Assembly (NCBI GenBank): GCA_951406725.2
Contig: OX597826.1
Span: 17,484,001 to 17,548,000 of the forward strand
DNA length: 64,000 nucleotides
DNA from: Octopus vulgaris
Taxonomy: Eukaryota
Direction: 5' to 3'
Shown here: positions 38,814-51,741 of the stretch, in pieces
How the letters are laid out: each line of letters begins with the position of its first letter
Numbering within the stretch: the first letter of the stretch is position 1
Notes under the pieces: model-generated
The model's input: only the letters and a program-made list of their open reading frames with translations
What the model was told of the DNA's origin: nothing
Databases searched by the model: none
Position numbers and translations under genes: made by a program

Positions 38814-40134
38814 CAAGTTCGCTCGCTGGTTGCTAGTTGAAAGTGAAGGGAGGGAAAGAGTAAGAATGCACGGTGCTGATTAGAAAGGAAGAAAGGATAA
38901 AGGTGGCATCGTCTTCGCTCGCCATACGAATAGCACAGAGTGGTGACATTTAGTAGAGATGACCCGGAAGTTGTTCCTCTTCGATTACTATCGCAAACAG
39001 CAGTAGCTTTCTTCAACCGAATGCATGTTTATGGGGAGAAAAATATTGAAAAACATCAATGCAAAAGGCGGTGCTCCAGCACGGCCCCAGCCTCTGGCTG
39101 AAACCAGTAAAAGAATAAAAGAATAAAAGAACATGCCAAAAAGACAAAAAAATGAGGAAGGCATTAGGTGGTCATGGTATGTGCTAGAAACACCAATTAA
39201 ATCTCCCTTCAATCAGCTTTTCGTCTGAAAATTATTTTGAAATTATAAACTGAAGGCAATCGCAGATTTGGACTGTCTGCATTTTAAAACTACGATTAAA
39301 ATAAACGTAAAGTATACTAGCCATCTCAATATGGCTAACCACTAAGGGTGGATGTTACTGTAGCTTTTAGCCCCAGGAGATCATCGTCTCCAGCTGGCTC
39401 TAGGCACACTTTCTGTGCCCTTATGATATTTGCAAAGGGAGGTCATCCCTCTCTCGTAAAACTTAGTGATACGCACGGACTGCAGTTTCGAGGTATTTGC
39501 CTCGTTTCCGAGAAAAAAAAAAGCCGAAATTTTAGGATTTCTTTTTAATGGATTATTATTTTTTATTTCACTATTGTTTGAAAATGAGATGGCGATTGTA
39601 ATTGTGATCGATTTTTGATATTTTATTTATTTATTTTTCTTTTTCAACCTTCGAGACTTCCCCCATCGTTTAGAAGTACGTAATGCAGTAAAAAAAACAT
39701 TAGTCAAAATTGGTGGAGCAGAGGAGGTTGAAAAAGTTCATAAATTTTCAAAACTATTTTATTTTTTTAGCCGAAAAGACGTCACCCATTGTTTTTAACT
39801 GCGTAATGTAAAAATGTAAAAAACAAAGAAAATGAACAGAATCGGTCCAGAAGGGAGCGGTGAGGATTCCCAAATATTTTCAAATATTTTTTTCCATAAA
39901 ACGCTTTCTCCCATCACTTGCGAGGGTGTAGGGAAAAACAAGTTTGAAAAATCGATGTGAAAGCGGAGAAAATCCGTCTTAAGTGGGTGTGATATTCCGA
40001 AAGTCCCGATGAAAATTAGCCAGCAACTTCGGAATACTCAGGCTATCGCGCGCGCGTTTGTGTGTGTGTGAGAAAGAAAGGGGGGAGAGAGAGTATCCAT
40101 GCACATTCTCACACTTATGCACAGTACATATACG

Positions 40135-40520
40135 AATGTGTGTATGTATGTATGTATGTATGTATGTAGATATGTGTGTATGTATGTAGATATGTGTGTA
40201 TGTATGTAGATATGTGTGTATGTATGTATGTGTTGATGTATGTATGTATGTATGTATGTGTGAACGTATGTATGTATGTATGTATGTATGTATGTATGTG
40301 TGTATGTATGTAGATATGTGTTTATGTATGTATGTATGTGTGAACGTATGTATGTATGTATGTGTGAAAGTATGTATGTATGTATATATGTGTGTGTGTA
40401 TGTATGTATGTATGTATGTATGTATGTATGTATGTGTGTATGTATGAATGTATGTATGTATGTGTGTATGTATGAATGTACGTATGTATTGATGTATGTA
40501 TGTATGTATGTATGTATGTA

Positions 40521-40552
<32 letters not shown>
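40135..40552. repeat. (TATG)n degenerate microsatellite
   Basis: Direct reading. Confidence 0.95.
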
Positions 40553-40553
<1 letters not shown>

Positions 40554-41272
40554 CTCTTCTACTTTTTTTTTTGTATTGCTTTTGTTTTATTATTATAAAT
40601 CTTCCAAAGAGGAGGGAGCCAGATTCCCACCAAAGATGTTGGGCTCATCTTCGGGCTGCGCGCACATTGGACACCTTCGAAGAATGTCTTTCTATAAGAC
40701 GGTGGAATATTCGTTAAAGAAAAGGAACGGGAAAGAGGAAGGATAAACAATGGAAAGGGGGAAGGACGTGTAAAGCTTTTAAAGTCGTAGGTTTGAGGTG
40801 TCACTAATAAATTGCTTTGTACTGCGATAGAGCGTCGTAGGTCTCAGGAGTGGCGGTGAGAGACGACATGGGAGTGGAGTGGTGACGTTAAGCAGACAGA
40901 TAAGAGAGACTAAGAGTGAGAACGGAGTGGGGGGAGGAATTGGAGTTGGTTGAACTGAATTGTTATAAATGACGTATTTTCCTGTTGTTGTTTTTTTAAA
41001 GCTGATTACGAAATAAAAGCGAACTAAGTGTGACTAAGAAAGGAAGTGAAAGAAAAACTAGGAAAAATCCATTTGCGTTACAACCACTTCAAAGTTGATA
41101 AATATTGGTGTCTCGGAAAAACGCGACACTTTTTAGAAAATTATTGACTGGTTAACATATTCATCAAAACAGTCGTGCACATATATATTTATACTTTTGT
41201 AAACTTTAATTTTTGTCGAAATATAATAACATATTAGCTTTCAGTTAATAGTGATTAACATATACTTACAAG

Positions 41273-41417
41273 ATGAAATCTTTTGTCGGATCGATAATTA
41301 ACATTTGGATATGTCTGGGAGTGATCTTACTAGCATCCAGTCTGACGTCGTGTGTTAGTGTGGTTACCCCATCAGATGTCACAGAAGAGGTGGATCAAAA
41401 TGAGACGATGTTGTTCG
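41273..41417 (+). CDS. First coding exon of a putative secreted or membrane protein (signal peptide plus acidic segment)
   Basis: caagATG (A at -3); MKSFVGSIINIWICLGVILLASSLTSCVSVVTPSDVTEEVDQNETMLF; consensus donor G|GTAAGT (phase 1); upstream tttcag/TCAGTT acceptor or Inr at 41239-41246; NET sequon. Too short for the ORF track. Confidence 0.62.
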
Positions 41418-41657
41418 GTAAGTGTATAAACTTATTTTAACTTTGATTTAATGTAATTGGCAGGACACTGTATTCCAGGTGCCCCCCCCCCCAATTTTAC
41501 CAGATTTTGCGAAATTAATAGAGAAACTTTTAGAATCATAAGTAAAACGGATTAGTCCAAACCCATAGTGGAAATTAGGAATTCATCCACCTCTTGCCGA
41601 GCACCACTGGAACTTGAAAAAAATAATGGTTCAATGGTCGGCTATAGGTTGCGTAAA

Positions 41658-41733
<76 letters not shown>

Positions 41734-41738
41734 TACAT

Positions 41739-41774
<36 letters not shown>

Positions 41775-41817
41775 TGTATGTTTGTGTGTGAGCATATATA
41801 TATATGATAGATCGTTA

Positions 41818-41982
41818 GCCACTACACACATTTTTTTCTCCTTGTTTTTTCTGTGTCCCTTTCTGTAGAAGAGCGTAGGCTCGAAACGTATAAGACTTCT
41901 TCTATTCCTGAGCGTTATACTAATACATCCGTTTGTTTTGTACACCACCTGTCTTCGTCTTTTGTTTTTTTCGTAAACTCTC

Positions 41983-41990
<8 letters not shown>
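41818..41990 (+). mobile_element. Short Penelope-derived element with minimal hammerhead motif (41858-41896), flanked by (TA)n
   Basis: cttt-CTGTAGA-a-GAGC gtag GCTC-GAAA-CG-TA-taag. Confidence 0.7.
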
Positions 41991-42055
<65 letters not shown>

Positions 42056-42144
42056 TATATATACATACTTATACAATATTATATGCAAATATAATGTATA
42101 TGTATATATACATATTTGTCTATTTATACACACACACACATATA

Positions 42145-42207
<63 letters not shown>

Positions 42208-42222
42208 ACACACATAATACAT

Positions 42223-42287
<65 letters not shown>

Positions 42288-42530
42288 TGTGTGTGTGTGT
42301 GTGTGTTTATGTATTAACATAGAGGCTATTCCAGAGATGACAGTCCGAATCCAATATTTTTATATGGCAGTCCGTAGAATTTAAAGGGTTAACTTTCGAT
42401 GAAGAATTGAAATTTCGGTACATTGTATAATATTAACCCAGTGGATTCAGTATCGAATACTTGCGTCCTGTAAATACTTGAGTCGAAAGACACTTGCTTA
42501 ACCGTATACTTTCATCAGACCACTCCGAAC

Positions 42531-42597
42531 CACTAGCGTAGCTAGAGTGTTTGCCACCCGGGGCGGACCGCCCCACCTCCACCCCGCTACGCTAGTG
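42531..42597. mobile_element. 67-bp hAT-like MITE
   Basis: 12-bp TIRs cactagcgtagc/gctacgctagtg and 8-bp TSD ctccgaac/ctccgaaa. Confidence 0.8.
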
Positions 42598-42850
42598 CTC
42601 CGAAAAACCCTATAGGCTGTACGGCGTATTCCCGTTTTTTGGTATTCAAAGGCTTAGTATTTTCTGCCTCTCTAAAATATAAATTTAGTTCTTGAAGAAT
42701 GCTAAACTCACCGTCTGGTACACTGTTATGTTGGGTTGGTCTATACATAAGTGCAGGAACGAAGTTTGCTTCGAGGGTGCAAACCCAGGTCCTAAATTTT
42801 TTTTACAAACAAGGTCAATTTTTTAAATATTAATATCAAAACAAATACAG

Positions 42851-42851
<1 letters not shown>

Positions 42852-42912
<61 letters not shown>

Positions 42913-43215
42913 TACTTTTAATCTGCGTGTTTGTTACAATCACTTGTCGAGACACACCCAGCGTCGTAGGGCGAGTGAAGGATAAGATATGTTACACTAT
43001 GACTGAAAGCTTGGGGAGGAGGAGGTGACAGGAGCAGTAGCGAAATATTTTCATTTAATACAACATAGGCATTTAAATTGATAAGTTTTTTCTAAGGATG
43101 TGGGCAGTACTTGTCAGCATAATCTTTTGGATTTCTTTGAGACATGGTTCTCCTGGGATATTATCTAGATGTTTTTGACATCCCCTTCCTATCATACCTA
43201 GAGCACCTAGGGTAT
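42852..43215 (-). mobile_element. R4/Dong-like LINE 3' end with (TAA)n tail
   Basis: Minus strand LGALGMIGRGCQKHLDNIPGEPCLKEIQKIMLTSTAHILRKNLSI* (RLE C-terminus), then 3' UTR and (TAA)n. Confidence 0.85.
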
Positions 43216-43644
43216 ACCAGGCACATGCATCACAACCAAATGTGCACGACATGGAGATCTCATATCAAGATAAACAGCGCATGACCTTGCAGGTGGTTCC
43301 CAGTTAGAATTTTCTTCAGGTCGAGTAGCCCATTCCGCTCAAATGGTCCTTGAATAAGGAGTGTTTAAGGATGTTGAACGAAACACCCATGCTTCCAGAG
43401 GTGAATTATTCAAACTCCAAAGGATTCCTCTCTGCACATGGCCATGATGTTCCTCCACTACTTCTGCTCGTGATCAGAGATGCACACATCGTCAGCCACC
43501 AAAGGACATGCTCAACTGACAAACAAATCTGTAGTGTTGAGCAGAATACTTACTGTAGCCCATCTATTATACCAAGATAAAACATTTACATGATAACACT
43601 TCCAATCAGTTAAGATCAGAAGCCATGAGATCCAGTGCCAGGGA

Positions 43645-43694
<50 letters not shown>

Positions 43695-43700
43695 CATATT

Positions 43701-43746
<46 letters not shown>

Positions 43747-44506
43747 CCATCATCATCATTATTATTATTGAGTAAGAGAGCAGCACATACCATCATAGGC
43801 TCAAATATATATTTGTACATCAATCAAATCAGATAAATCAAATAATGGAAAAGTAAGGTTTCAAATCAGTCCAAAAATGTTGTTCGTTCGTTCGTTTCGG
43901 CGATGAACTTTTTCAAGAGGATGTTCAAATTTTTAGGGGTTGGGGAACTTGCATATCCTGCCTCCACCCACTCTACCATTCCCGAGCCAATGGTCTAACG
44001 CATTCCTTACTGATGAAAGACGATGGTTCAAGAACTGATGACATAAAACCATTGGGGCACGCATACAAAAGCGTCCTCGTACCCTTCATAACTTTCAGAA
44101 AAATGGATATTTTTAATACAATTTTCTACAAATGCATTTCAGATGGAATATATTACGATTATATCAGGAATTAGATTTAGGAAAAAAAGACTAGTGAGCA
44201 CGTACACATAAATACTGACACATATCGCATATTATTATAAAAAGTTCAAATTTCATTTGGTAGTTATATTTGTGATGTTAGTCATTAAGTGTGTGTACGC
44301 GCCCACCAATGTTTTCACGTTAAATTACGATATGATCATAATCTACACCATCTGAAAGGTATTTGCAGAAAATTTCATCAAAAATTATTTATATGTTTGT
44401 TCATACACAGTTATAACACTTGTATATTGCATTATTCTATACAAATTACTGAAACTTTTGTAAAATAATGCAATAGAAAAGACTATATTTTTCTTTCATT
44501 TTTAAG

Positions 44507-44631
44507 GACTGAAGCCATTAGATATTTACAAACCCGGGCCCTTCTTCTGGTTACCGAGTCGCAACCGCGGTGCCAATAAACCTCACTTCCGCCAATATAG
44601 ACGTAGTTTATGTCTGAAAGAACGTTTTTGA
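44507..44631 (+). CDS. Candidate terminal exon for the 41273 signal-peptide exon
   Basis: Pyrimidine tract ...ttctttcatttttaag| into a GC-richer island; phase-1 join gives GLKPLDIYKPGPFFWLPSRNRGANKPHFRQYRRSLCLKERF*; AATAAA at ~44967 and ~45067. Confidence 0.38.
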
Positions 44632-45299
44632 CTATAAATCTGCAGTATCACAATGGCTTGAGGCTTTAACAACAAATTATAACTCGGTGTTGGATTTTTT
44701 TTATATAAAAACTATAATGCGTAACACAATGAGAAAACTTAGGTAAACATAAATGAATGACTTTCACTTTTATCAAATAGTGACCCTTTAGGGGTTCCTT
44801 GTTAGGAGAGAGTGGTTATGTATCTAGAGAATAATAATTTGCTAAGTAATACCCAACATGGTTTTCGTCAAAGCAGAATCAGTCTCGCACAGTTATTTCT
44901 ATGTCGTAATTGATAAAACAGTTTCTGAAGCGTTCAAATGTTGATATATGATATATCCTATCTTTCAATAAAGCTGATCGCATGATAATATGCCCTGATT
45001 TCTTGACCTCGATTTAGTCAGAAAACAAGGAAGCGAATTTGTATGACTCAGGAAAATTCCATAGAAATAAAATAAAATAAATAAATGAAACAGACGCCTT
45101 AATGTTACAACCAACGGTGCACTCTCTGAAGAGTCGGATTTCCAGGGTAGGATATTAAAGGGAACTATTTTGAGGACATTATTGTCTGCTTATAGCTCTA
45201 TCGGGCTTATTTGTGCGGTTACCATAGTCAACCCCCACCACACGTGCCGATAATTCAGGGAAATAAAAATACAGTAAACAACCCCAAAGATATTAAAAG

Positions 45300-45960
45300 C
45301 CTTCAGAAAGGTATATCGATTCTGTATGTATGAAAACAAGAAATCCACGATAGGATAGTTTTGATATAAACTCATCAACACAGTGCAAAACATGAAGACA
45401 CAGGACTGGAAGAAATTGCAATAACAGAATCAGAAACTGTGGAGATCAGGGAATTGTTTTCCCCAAACGCCATTTACTCCCTTTCCTAGATTATCGATGC
45501 CAGGGATAGTCGCTTCGGGATGCCAGATTAACAGCTGAACTGAAGATAATCCAAAGTATCGAGGCAAAAACAGTTATTCCATGCCCCACGTGAGCTATTG
45601 GGGAAAAAAAGCTAAAGTTTTGAAGCTGTAGTCTTTAGAACAAAGACAGGGACAATATACAATCATCTAAATGGAGAAAACTCTTGACTAACTGGTGCCG
45701 AAAGTTGGTATTGAGAACTCCACTAATCTCGAAACAGAGCTCTATTGTACAAGACCAAATTTTCTGACTTCTCTCTCTCAAGGATGAAAACAAGTTATTG
45801 TAAAAGAATGAGTTGACTCAAACATTGTGAAAGAAACGGGGTTGGCAGAAATTGTGTAGAAGCCCGATGGATTGATTGCACTTCTGATTCAAAGGTCCGC
45901 TGTTGTCACGTATTGTACCGCTCTGATTCGCTCTCATGACTGAGTTCAGGGTGAAAATAT
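45300..45960 (+). mobile_element. Decayed CR1-clade LINE 3' region
   Basis: Frameshifted LK.IQ...SYW..L..LKL.SLEQR...Y.II..(W)K.L..LVP..GI motif. Confidence 0.55.
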
Positions 45961-46025
45961 ATGCGGAATACTCAGTCACTTGGCACTAAATGCGTATTGG
46001 CGGGATTCTTATGTATGTATGTATG

Positions 46026-46082
<57 letters not shown>

Positions 46083-46329
46083 GCACATATATTATAAGTA
46101 TGTGTGTGTGTGTGCGCGCGCGCGCTTGTGTGTATGAAAGAGACAGACAGAGGGTCAAATTTAATTGTTGCTGCTTCTGGACACACCGCCTGAAACGATG
46201 TATTTATTTAACGGAGAGTTGAAATTTTTTTACAATAATATCGAAAATCACGTTATTACATTTTTTCCTTGCACACTTATTACAAATAAACACAGATAAT
46301 CTTTTATCTGCGTTCACAAAAACCCTCAT

Positions 46330-46365
<36 letters not shown>

Positions 46366-47329
46366 TTATGTGTGGTTACATATTTAAGTTAAAGTATAAG
46401 TGTATTATCTAAGATATATATGTATATAATATTTTTGTCTTATCTGTTGCTATTGTTTGCAACTACATGATAGATTGAACTTTGATACATCATTAACTGG
46501 TATGATCTTTGATAAAACTCAACCAGACATTCATATCGCTTTTAATATTGTATTATGTTTTACTTCATAATAATAATAATAGACAAGAGCACTCAGAAAG
46601 CGCCAACCTCCGCCAAGGCAACACCAACGTCCTCTCGATGATTTAAAAAATGAGAATATCTGAAAAGCCGCACCCATCTACTTGGAATTGAGTAGCACAC
46701 ATTCATCACGTCCCACCAAAGACCGAATTGTAGCTTTGTTGCTACGTTGCACTTTTGCCATTTGGGCCCAATGATTTATAAAATTTGTGTCTATAAGAAA
46801 TTTGGGCCCAATGATTTATAGATTTGTGTCTATAGGACACAAATCTATAAATTTTGGAAGATGTTAAAGATAATCGATATCGACTCCACTCTGAACGGCT
46901 ACTTAATTTATTGACCTCAGGTATAAACAACAACAACAACTTTCATAGTAACCACCACCTGACCATCTCAGTTAAAACCCCCAAAGCGCCTGACACTGAA
47001 CTCTTAACTACCCGCCACAGATACAACTTTGGTCACCGTTTTACCACAGCTTATGAAGCAGCAAGAAAACATCTACGTTGCTCACCGATTAGAAATAACA
47101 ACCTATCCATAAACAACGATCTTTAAAACAAGGACTCTGTTAAACAATGCAATCCTAAATTTTCTAGATCAATGTTTTGAGGGGATTTTTAAACATAATA
47201 TATGAAGGATCACATTATCCGATATGTTTGCTTTAAAGATTACAGGGAATGGTTTGAGGACGATTTGACTGCTATTTACAACAACTCGGTCGTCGAGACA
47301 GATTAATGTATTGTCAGCTGTGAGGTGGC

Positions 47330-48400
47330 GATGGCTGTGACTAATCCCTCATTGAGAAAATGTGACTGCCATACCTTTACTAGTGTAAGTGTAATAATTT
47401 GTTGAAATCCTCTTTAATCACGATTGAGCTTGATCAGTGATAAATTCAACAAAAAAAAAGGGAAACAATGGAAAGAAGAGGGAGGTCAGTATTGCTCTGT
47501 AGATCCCAGTACAGATCGATGAATTTAGGATTCTGTGAGAATAAAGGTAGGATGAATGGGTGAATGGAAAATGCATTAGAAAAGAAATCATTTTGTTGAG
47601 CAGATCATTTGATTTCACCCGGAAATATCTTTCAAGGATCATTTGCTAAGTTATTAATCGCTCTTAAGTACGTGTATCAGTTCTAAATACCCTTTAAAAA
47701 TAAAATTAATCCACAAGCTGATCTATTGTCACCTAAATCCGAATACTAACGGATTAATATAAATAGTGTTTGTCATTAAAATATTTTTAGACATTAAATT
47801 CAAGTTTGACATTCTTAAGGATTTCTTACCGAAATAATATTAAGTCTCGACATTTTATTGCTAAAATGAAACTGCTAAATTAGTCAAAGGGAGAAGAAGA
47901 GAGGGAGAAAGTCACCTAGGGGTGTGATACCGATTATTAGCTTATCATTTAAGTCTTCCTCAACAAATCCTCCAGTCTTCCTATCGGTCATCTCGGTACT
48001 CCATGAAACCTGCTAGTTGGTCAGTAATTTCCTCTTCTACAAATTTTTTAGTACACCCACATACGTTGGCATGCCGACGTTCTTTGATATCCGGCGAGCT
48101 GGCAGAATCGTTAGCACACCGGGCGAAATGCTTAGCGGTATTTCGTCTGCCGTTACGTTCTAAGTTCAAATTCCGCCGAGGTCGACTTTGCCTTTCATCC
48201 TTTCGTGGTCGATAAATTAAGTAATCGACCTAATCCGTTTGTCTGTCCTTGTTTGTCCCCTCTGTGTTTAGCCCCTTGTGGGTAGTAAAGAAATAGATAT
48301 CCATCTGTTTGCTCCCATAGTATCAGATGGCAGGCTGACTGGAAACTTCCAGTTTCTCTGGCAGTGTCCGGCCAGCCTCATTCTTCTGACTGTTTTTTCT
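47330..48400 (-). mobile_element. Penelope-like RT remnant interrupted by SINE A (48093-48295, +; TSD gatatcc)
   Basis: Minus strand ANVCG...EITDQLAGFMEYRDD (YRDD catalytic motif) and downstream ISFLMHFPF (IWFNPPF-like). Confidence 0.6.
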
Positions 48401-48416
48401 GGCTCACCCATTACAC

Positions 48417-48601
48417 CAGTGGTTCTCAAACAGGGTCCAGATAAGATTTTGTTGTTAAAATTTGCGCAATTTTTTTATACACTTGCTAATATTTCATGAT
48501 AAAAATATGAGGATTTCTGAAAACATGGAATGACTATGGAGTGGGGGGGGGGCACCCGAGTAAAATAAGAATCAAAGGGGTTCATAGGTTGAAAATCACT
48601 G
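48417..48601. mobile_element. hAT (Charlie-like) MITE
   Basis: TIRs cagtggttctcaa / ttgaaaatcactg with a degenerate 8-bp TSD. Confidence 0.7.
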
Positions 48602-50130
48602 CTTTACCTAGTAACCCGCTATATAGAAGCATACTGCTAATGTGTTCGTTTTCTTGGATGTTAAGTATTGCATTCAGCATTCTGGTGTAGCATTCAACTA
48701 AAGATTTGTGGAGGGTAGGCTTCGGAGTCTAGCATTCACAACCTTTCAGTCAATTGTAAAAACTGATGTATCCAGATGCCGTTTAGCCCCAGTTCTAACT
48801 TGATTTCACTGAAAGATCTATAACCAAAAGTGGTCTAGTCATGACCATCCTGCTTATTTTATATATCAGAACCGTATAAGTGTAATATATCCTCATCTAA
48901 GATGTAATTTAAGGGAATTTAGGTGCTATTTGTAGCAGACTGAGTGACCACGATCAAGCTTCTTCATTGGCTCATATAAATAGATCAGTGGAGTACAGTA
49001 GTGAAATCGAGTTTCAGTCATATTATTACGACTGACTGACCAAAGTATCAAAGAATAAAAGAACAGGAACTTGTGAAATCTTGAAGAATTACTTATTTTG
49101 CATTGTTTTCTTTTTCACCTCAAAGATCTTCTCAAGAAACAACAACCATCATCATATAAACACATTTACAAAAGTATTCAACCTTGATCTTAACATTATT
49201 TTCACATCACTTGAAGTTGCAATATAATGATCTTTCATCATCTGTAAAATTCTAAAACGGTTTGAAGCTCTATAGTTTGAAGTCGATAACGCAATTCTTG
49301 TTAGTAATATTCTGGCTATAAATGAAATCCCTCTGTTGAAATGTTGTCAGGAATGGTCTAATAAAGGCTTTGCGCAAGCACTGACAATCTCAGGGTTCCA
49401 ACAGTCCAGAATGATTTTTGAATCATTCGAATCAGGTGACGGGTTTTGTCAAAGCTAAATATATTTCAAAAGTATATTTCCCTCATGACAATAGCTTGAT
49501 CAAAGGTCGCAGACATGAAGTATTGCTTCACTCATCTAAAAATATATATAAGATTGTCTTCTGTTCTCGCTGCCACTTGATTTTTAGAACTTGGTTCCTA
49601 TTGTGCCATTGCCGTCGACGTCACTATTAGTATAGTTAAGTGTGTGTACACACACACACGTGTGTGTATGCACGTGTCTGTATGTGCGCGTGTGACTGAG
49701 TGAAAATGATATTCTTGCTGCAAATGAAGCCATTTTATTGAGTTAATGCTGTAAATTATTTATTAAAAGCATTTATCAAGCGTTGGCGATAGCAGTGCCC
49801 AACAGTTTAGAATTATTATTGAATCCTTACGATCGAATCACTAAAACATCGGTCAGGTGCATCAGTAGAGTTTAGTAAAGCTTCGGAACCATAAGTGCAC
49901 GCGTACGTATATGTGTGTGTGTGTGTGTGTGTGTGTTCGTGTATGCGTGTGTGTGTTGTTGTTTATGCCAAATTGTAATAAAAAAACAATTTGATATTGC
50001 GCTGAGTTTAACATTAAATTCAAATGTTTAGAATACGTGTTTCTTTAAGTGGAATAATAAACGAAAAAGGAAATGTGGAAAACTTCTAACAATGTGGAGA
50101 GGGAAGCTGAGAAACCTTTATATATTTCAG

Positions 50131-50219
50131 ACACAAAGGCACATCCTCGGAAGGATATCTACGGACTTTACGTTAATGCCGTTTGGATAACCGAGCGAGC
50201 AGTGACCTCGCTTAGTTCG
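50131..50219 (+). CDS. Candidate internal exon (89 nt)
   Basis: tatatttcag| ... TTCG|gtgagt. Only the phase-1 frame is open (DTKAHPRKDIYGLYVNAVWITERAVTSLSS), compatible with the 41417 donor. It could also be a non-coding exon. Confidence 0.42.
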
Positions 50220-50406
50220 GTGAGTGTTCTAGCAACAGCAGGTTCCAAAAGATGGTGTTGTCGGTGCCGTAGAGGTCGCAGTGGTGGATGATTGGCTGTC
50301 TATTTTCGTTTATTATTCTAATTCTGTGCTACAATGCTTCAAGCGAACTACAACGCTCTTCTTTCATATTTATACAAGAGGAGTGACAGTGACTTCTATC
50401 TATCTA

Positions 50407-50457
<51 letters not shown>

Positions 50458-50458
50458 A

Positions 50459-50494
<36 letters not shown>

Positions 50495-50519
50495 TCTATA
50501 TATATATATATATATACCC

Positions 50520-50690
<171 letters not shown>

Positions 50691-50705
50691 ATCTATCTAT
50701 CTATC

Positions 50706-51490
50706 GTGTGAGACGAGTCGGTTTATCAGCTGAGTCTATCGTCAATATTGTCACGCCTCCTTCCTTCAAACGGGAAGGAAGAGCTACTTTCATCATCCTT
50801 GTGGCTATGGCGAAAGAATGTATCTGGTGGACGCGTCTGAAAGGATTGGAGACAAACACTTTCCTCTCTTGTCAATCTCTCATCAACTTCTTCAAGTACC
50901 ACTTGAAAAGGAAAGTGAGAGTAGAGAGGCAAGTTTTGTCTAGCGAATGTTTTAAAAAAAGATGGGTGAATTAGCAAGGATGGCACGTATGAATGACGAA
51001 GCCACCTTGAGCATAATCCTATGAACCCAGAAATTGAAAACAGAGGGTTACCCACTTGCAAACAAATGTGGTAACATATAACAATATTGACCAAGGTTAC
51101 CGTAGTCTTTTTCGTAGACTTTTCTTCCCACGGATAAACCTTACTTGCTTTCCCCTTTACACCATATATCATAACACTGTGATACACGATTCCTATTGAT
51201 CGTTTTTTTTTCCTCTTCCTCTTTTTTTCCCTTTTTTCTTCTTTTTTCATTTCTCTTTTCTTTTGTTCCTTTTCCTTTTCTCTTTTTTTATTTTTATTTT
51301 TTTATTTTTTATTTTATTTTATTTTTTTTGTTCTTTTCTTCCCTTTTACGATCCCTCTTGATCGAAAACCTACGCCACCCCCTTTTTTTGTTTCTTTTGT
51401 TTTTCGTCTTTTTCATCCCCCAAAAGAAAAGCTCTACCTTGTAACTTGTCCCATCTGTGTGCAGCCCTGTGTGGCCAATAAAGAAACTTA
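50706..51490 (+). mobile_element. 5'-truncated Tx1/L1-like LINE embedded in (TCTA)n/(TA)n
   Basis: ORF 50708-50974 ...[13 protein letters not shown]...[13 protein letters not shown]...FKKRW resembles the Tx1 ORF2 C-terminus. T-rich 3' UTR ends in aataaagaaa, with (TCTA)n on both sides. Confidence 0.72.
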
Positions 51491-51492
51491 TC

Positions 51493-51638
<146 letters not shown>

Positions 51639-51658
51639 CCTACCTACCTACCTATCTA

Positions 51659-51693
<35 letters not shown>

Positions 51694-51708
51694 TTGTATT
51701 CTAGTTTT

Positions 51709-51741
<33 letters not shown>

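Larger units (their letters stand above)
37379..38979. mobile_element. Non-autonomous TIR element (GAG...CTC termini) hosting nested insertions
   Basis: 42-bp TIRs gaggaagaacttccgggtcatctctactaaatgtcaccactc / gagtggtgacatttagtagagatgacccggaagttgttcctc. Internal sequence is related to 36620-36845. Confidence 0.8.

Noticed and set aside
42712-42791. Minus-strand exon with a strong gtgagt donor
   Set aside because: The acceptor has an A-run instead of a pyrimidine tract, and the block lies among transposon fragments.
44629-44637. TGA read-through as selenocysteine in the candidate peptide exon
   Set aside because: A TAA follows two codons later and no SECIS was recognised.
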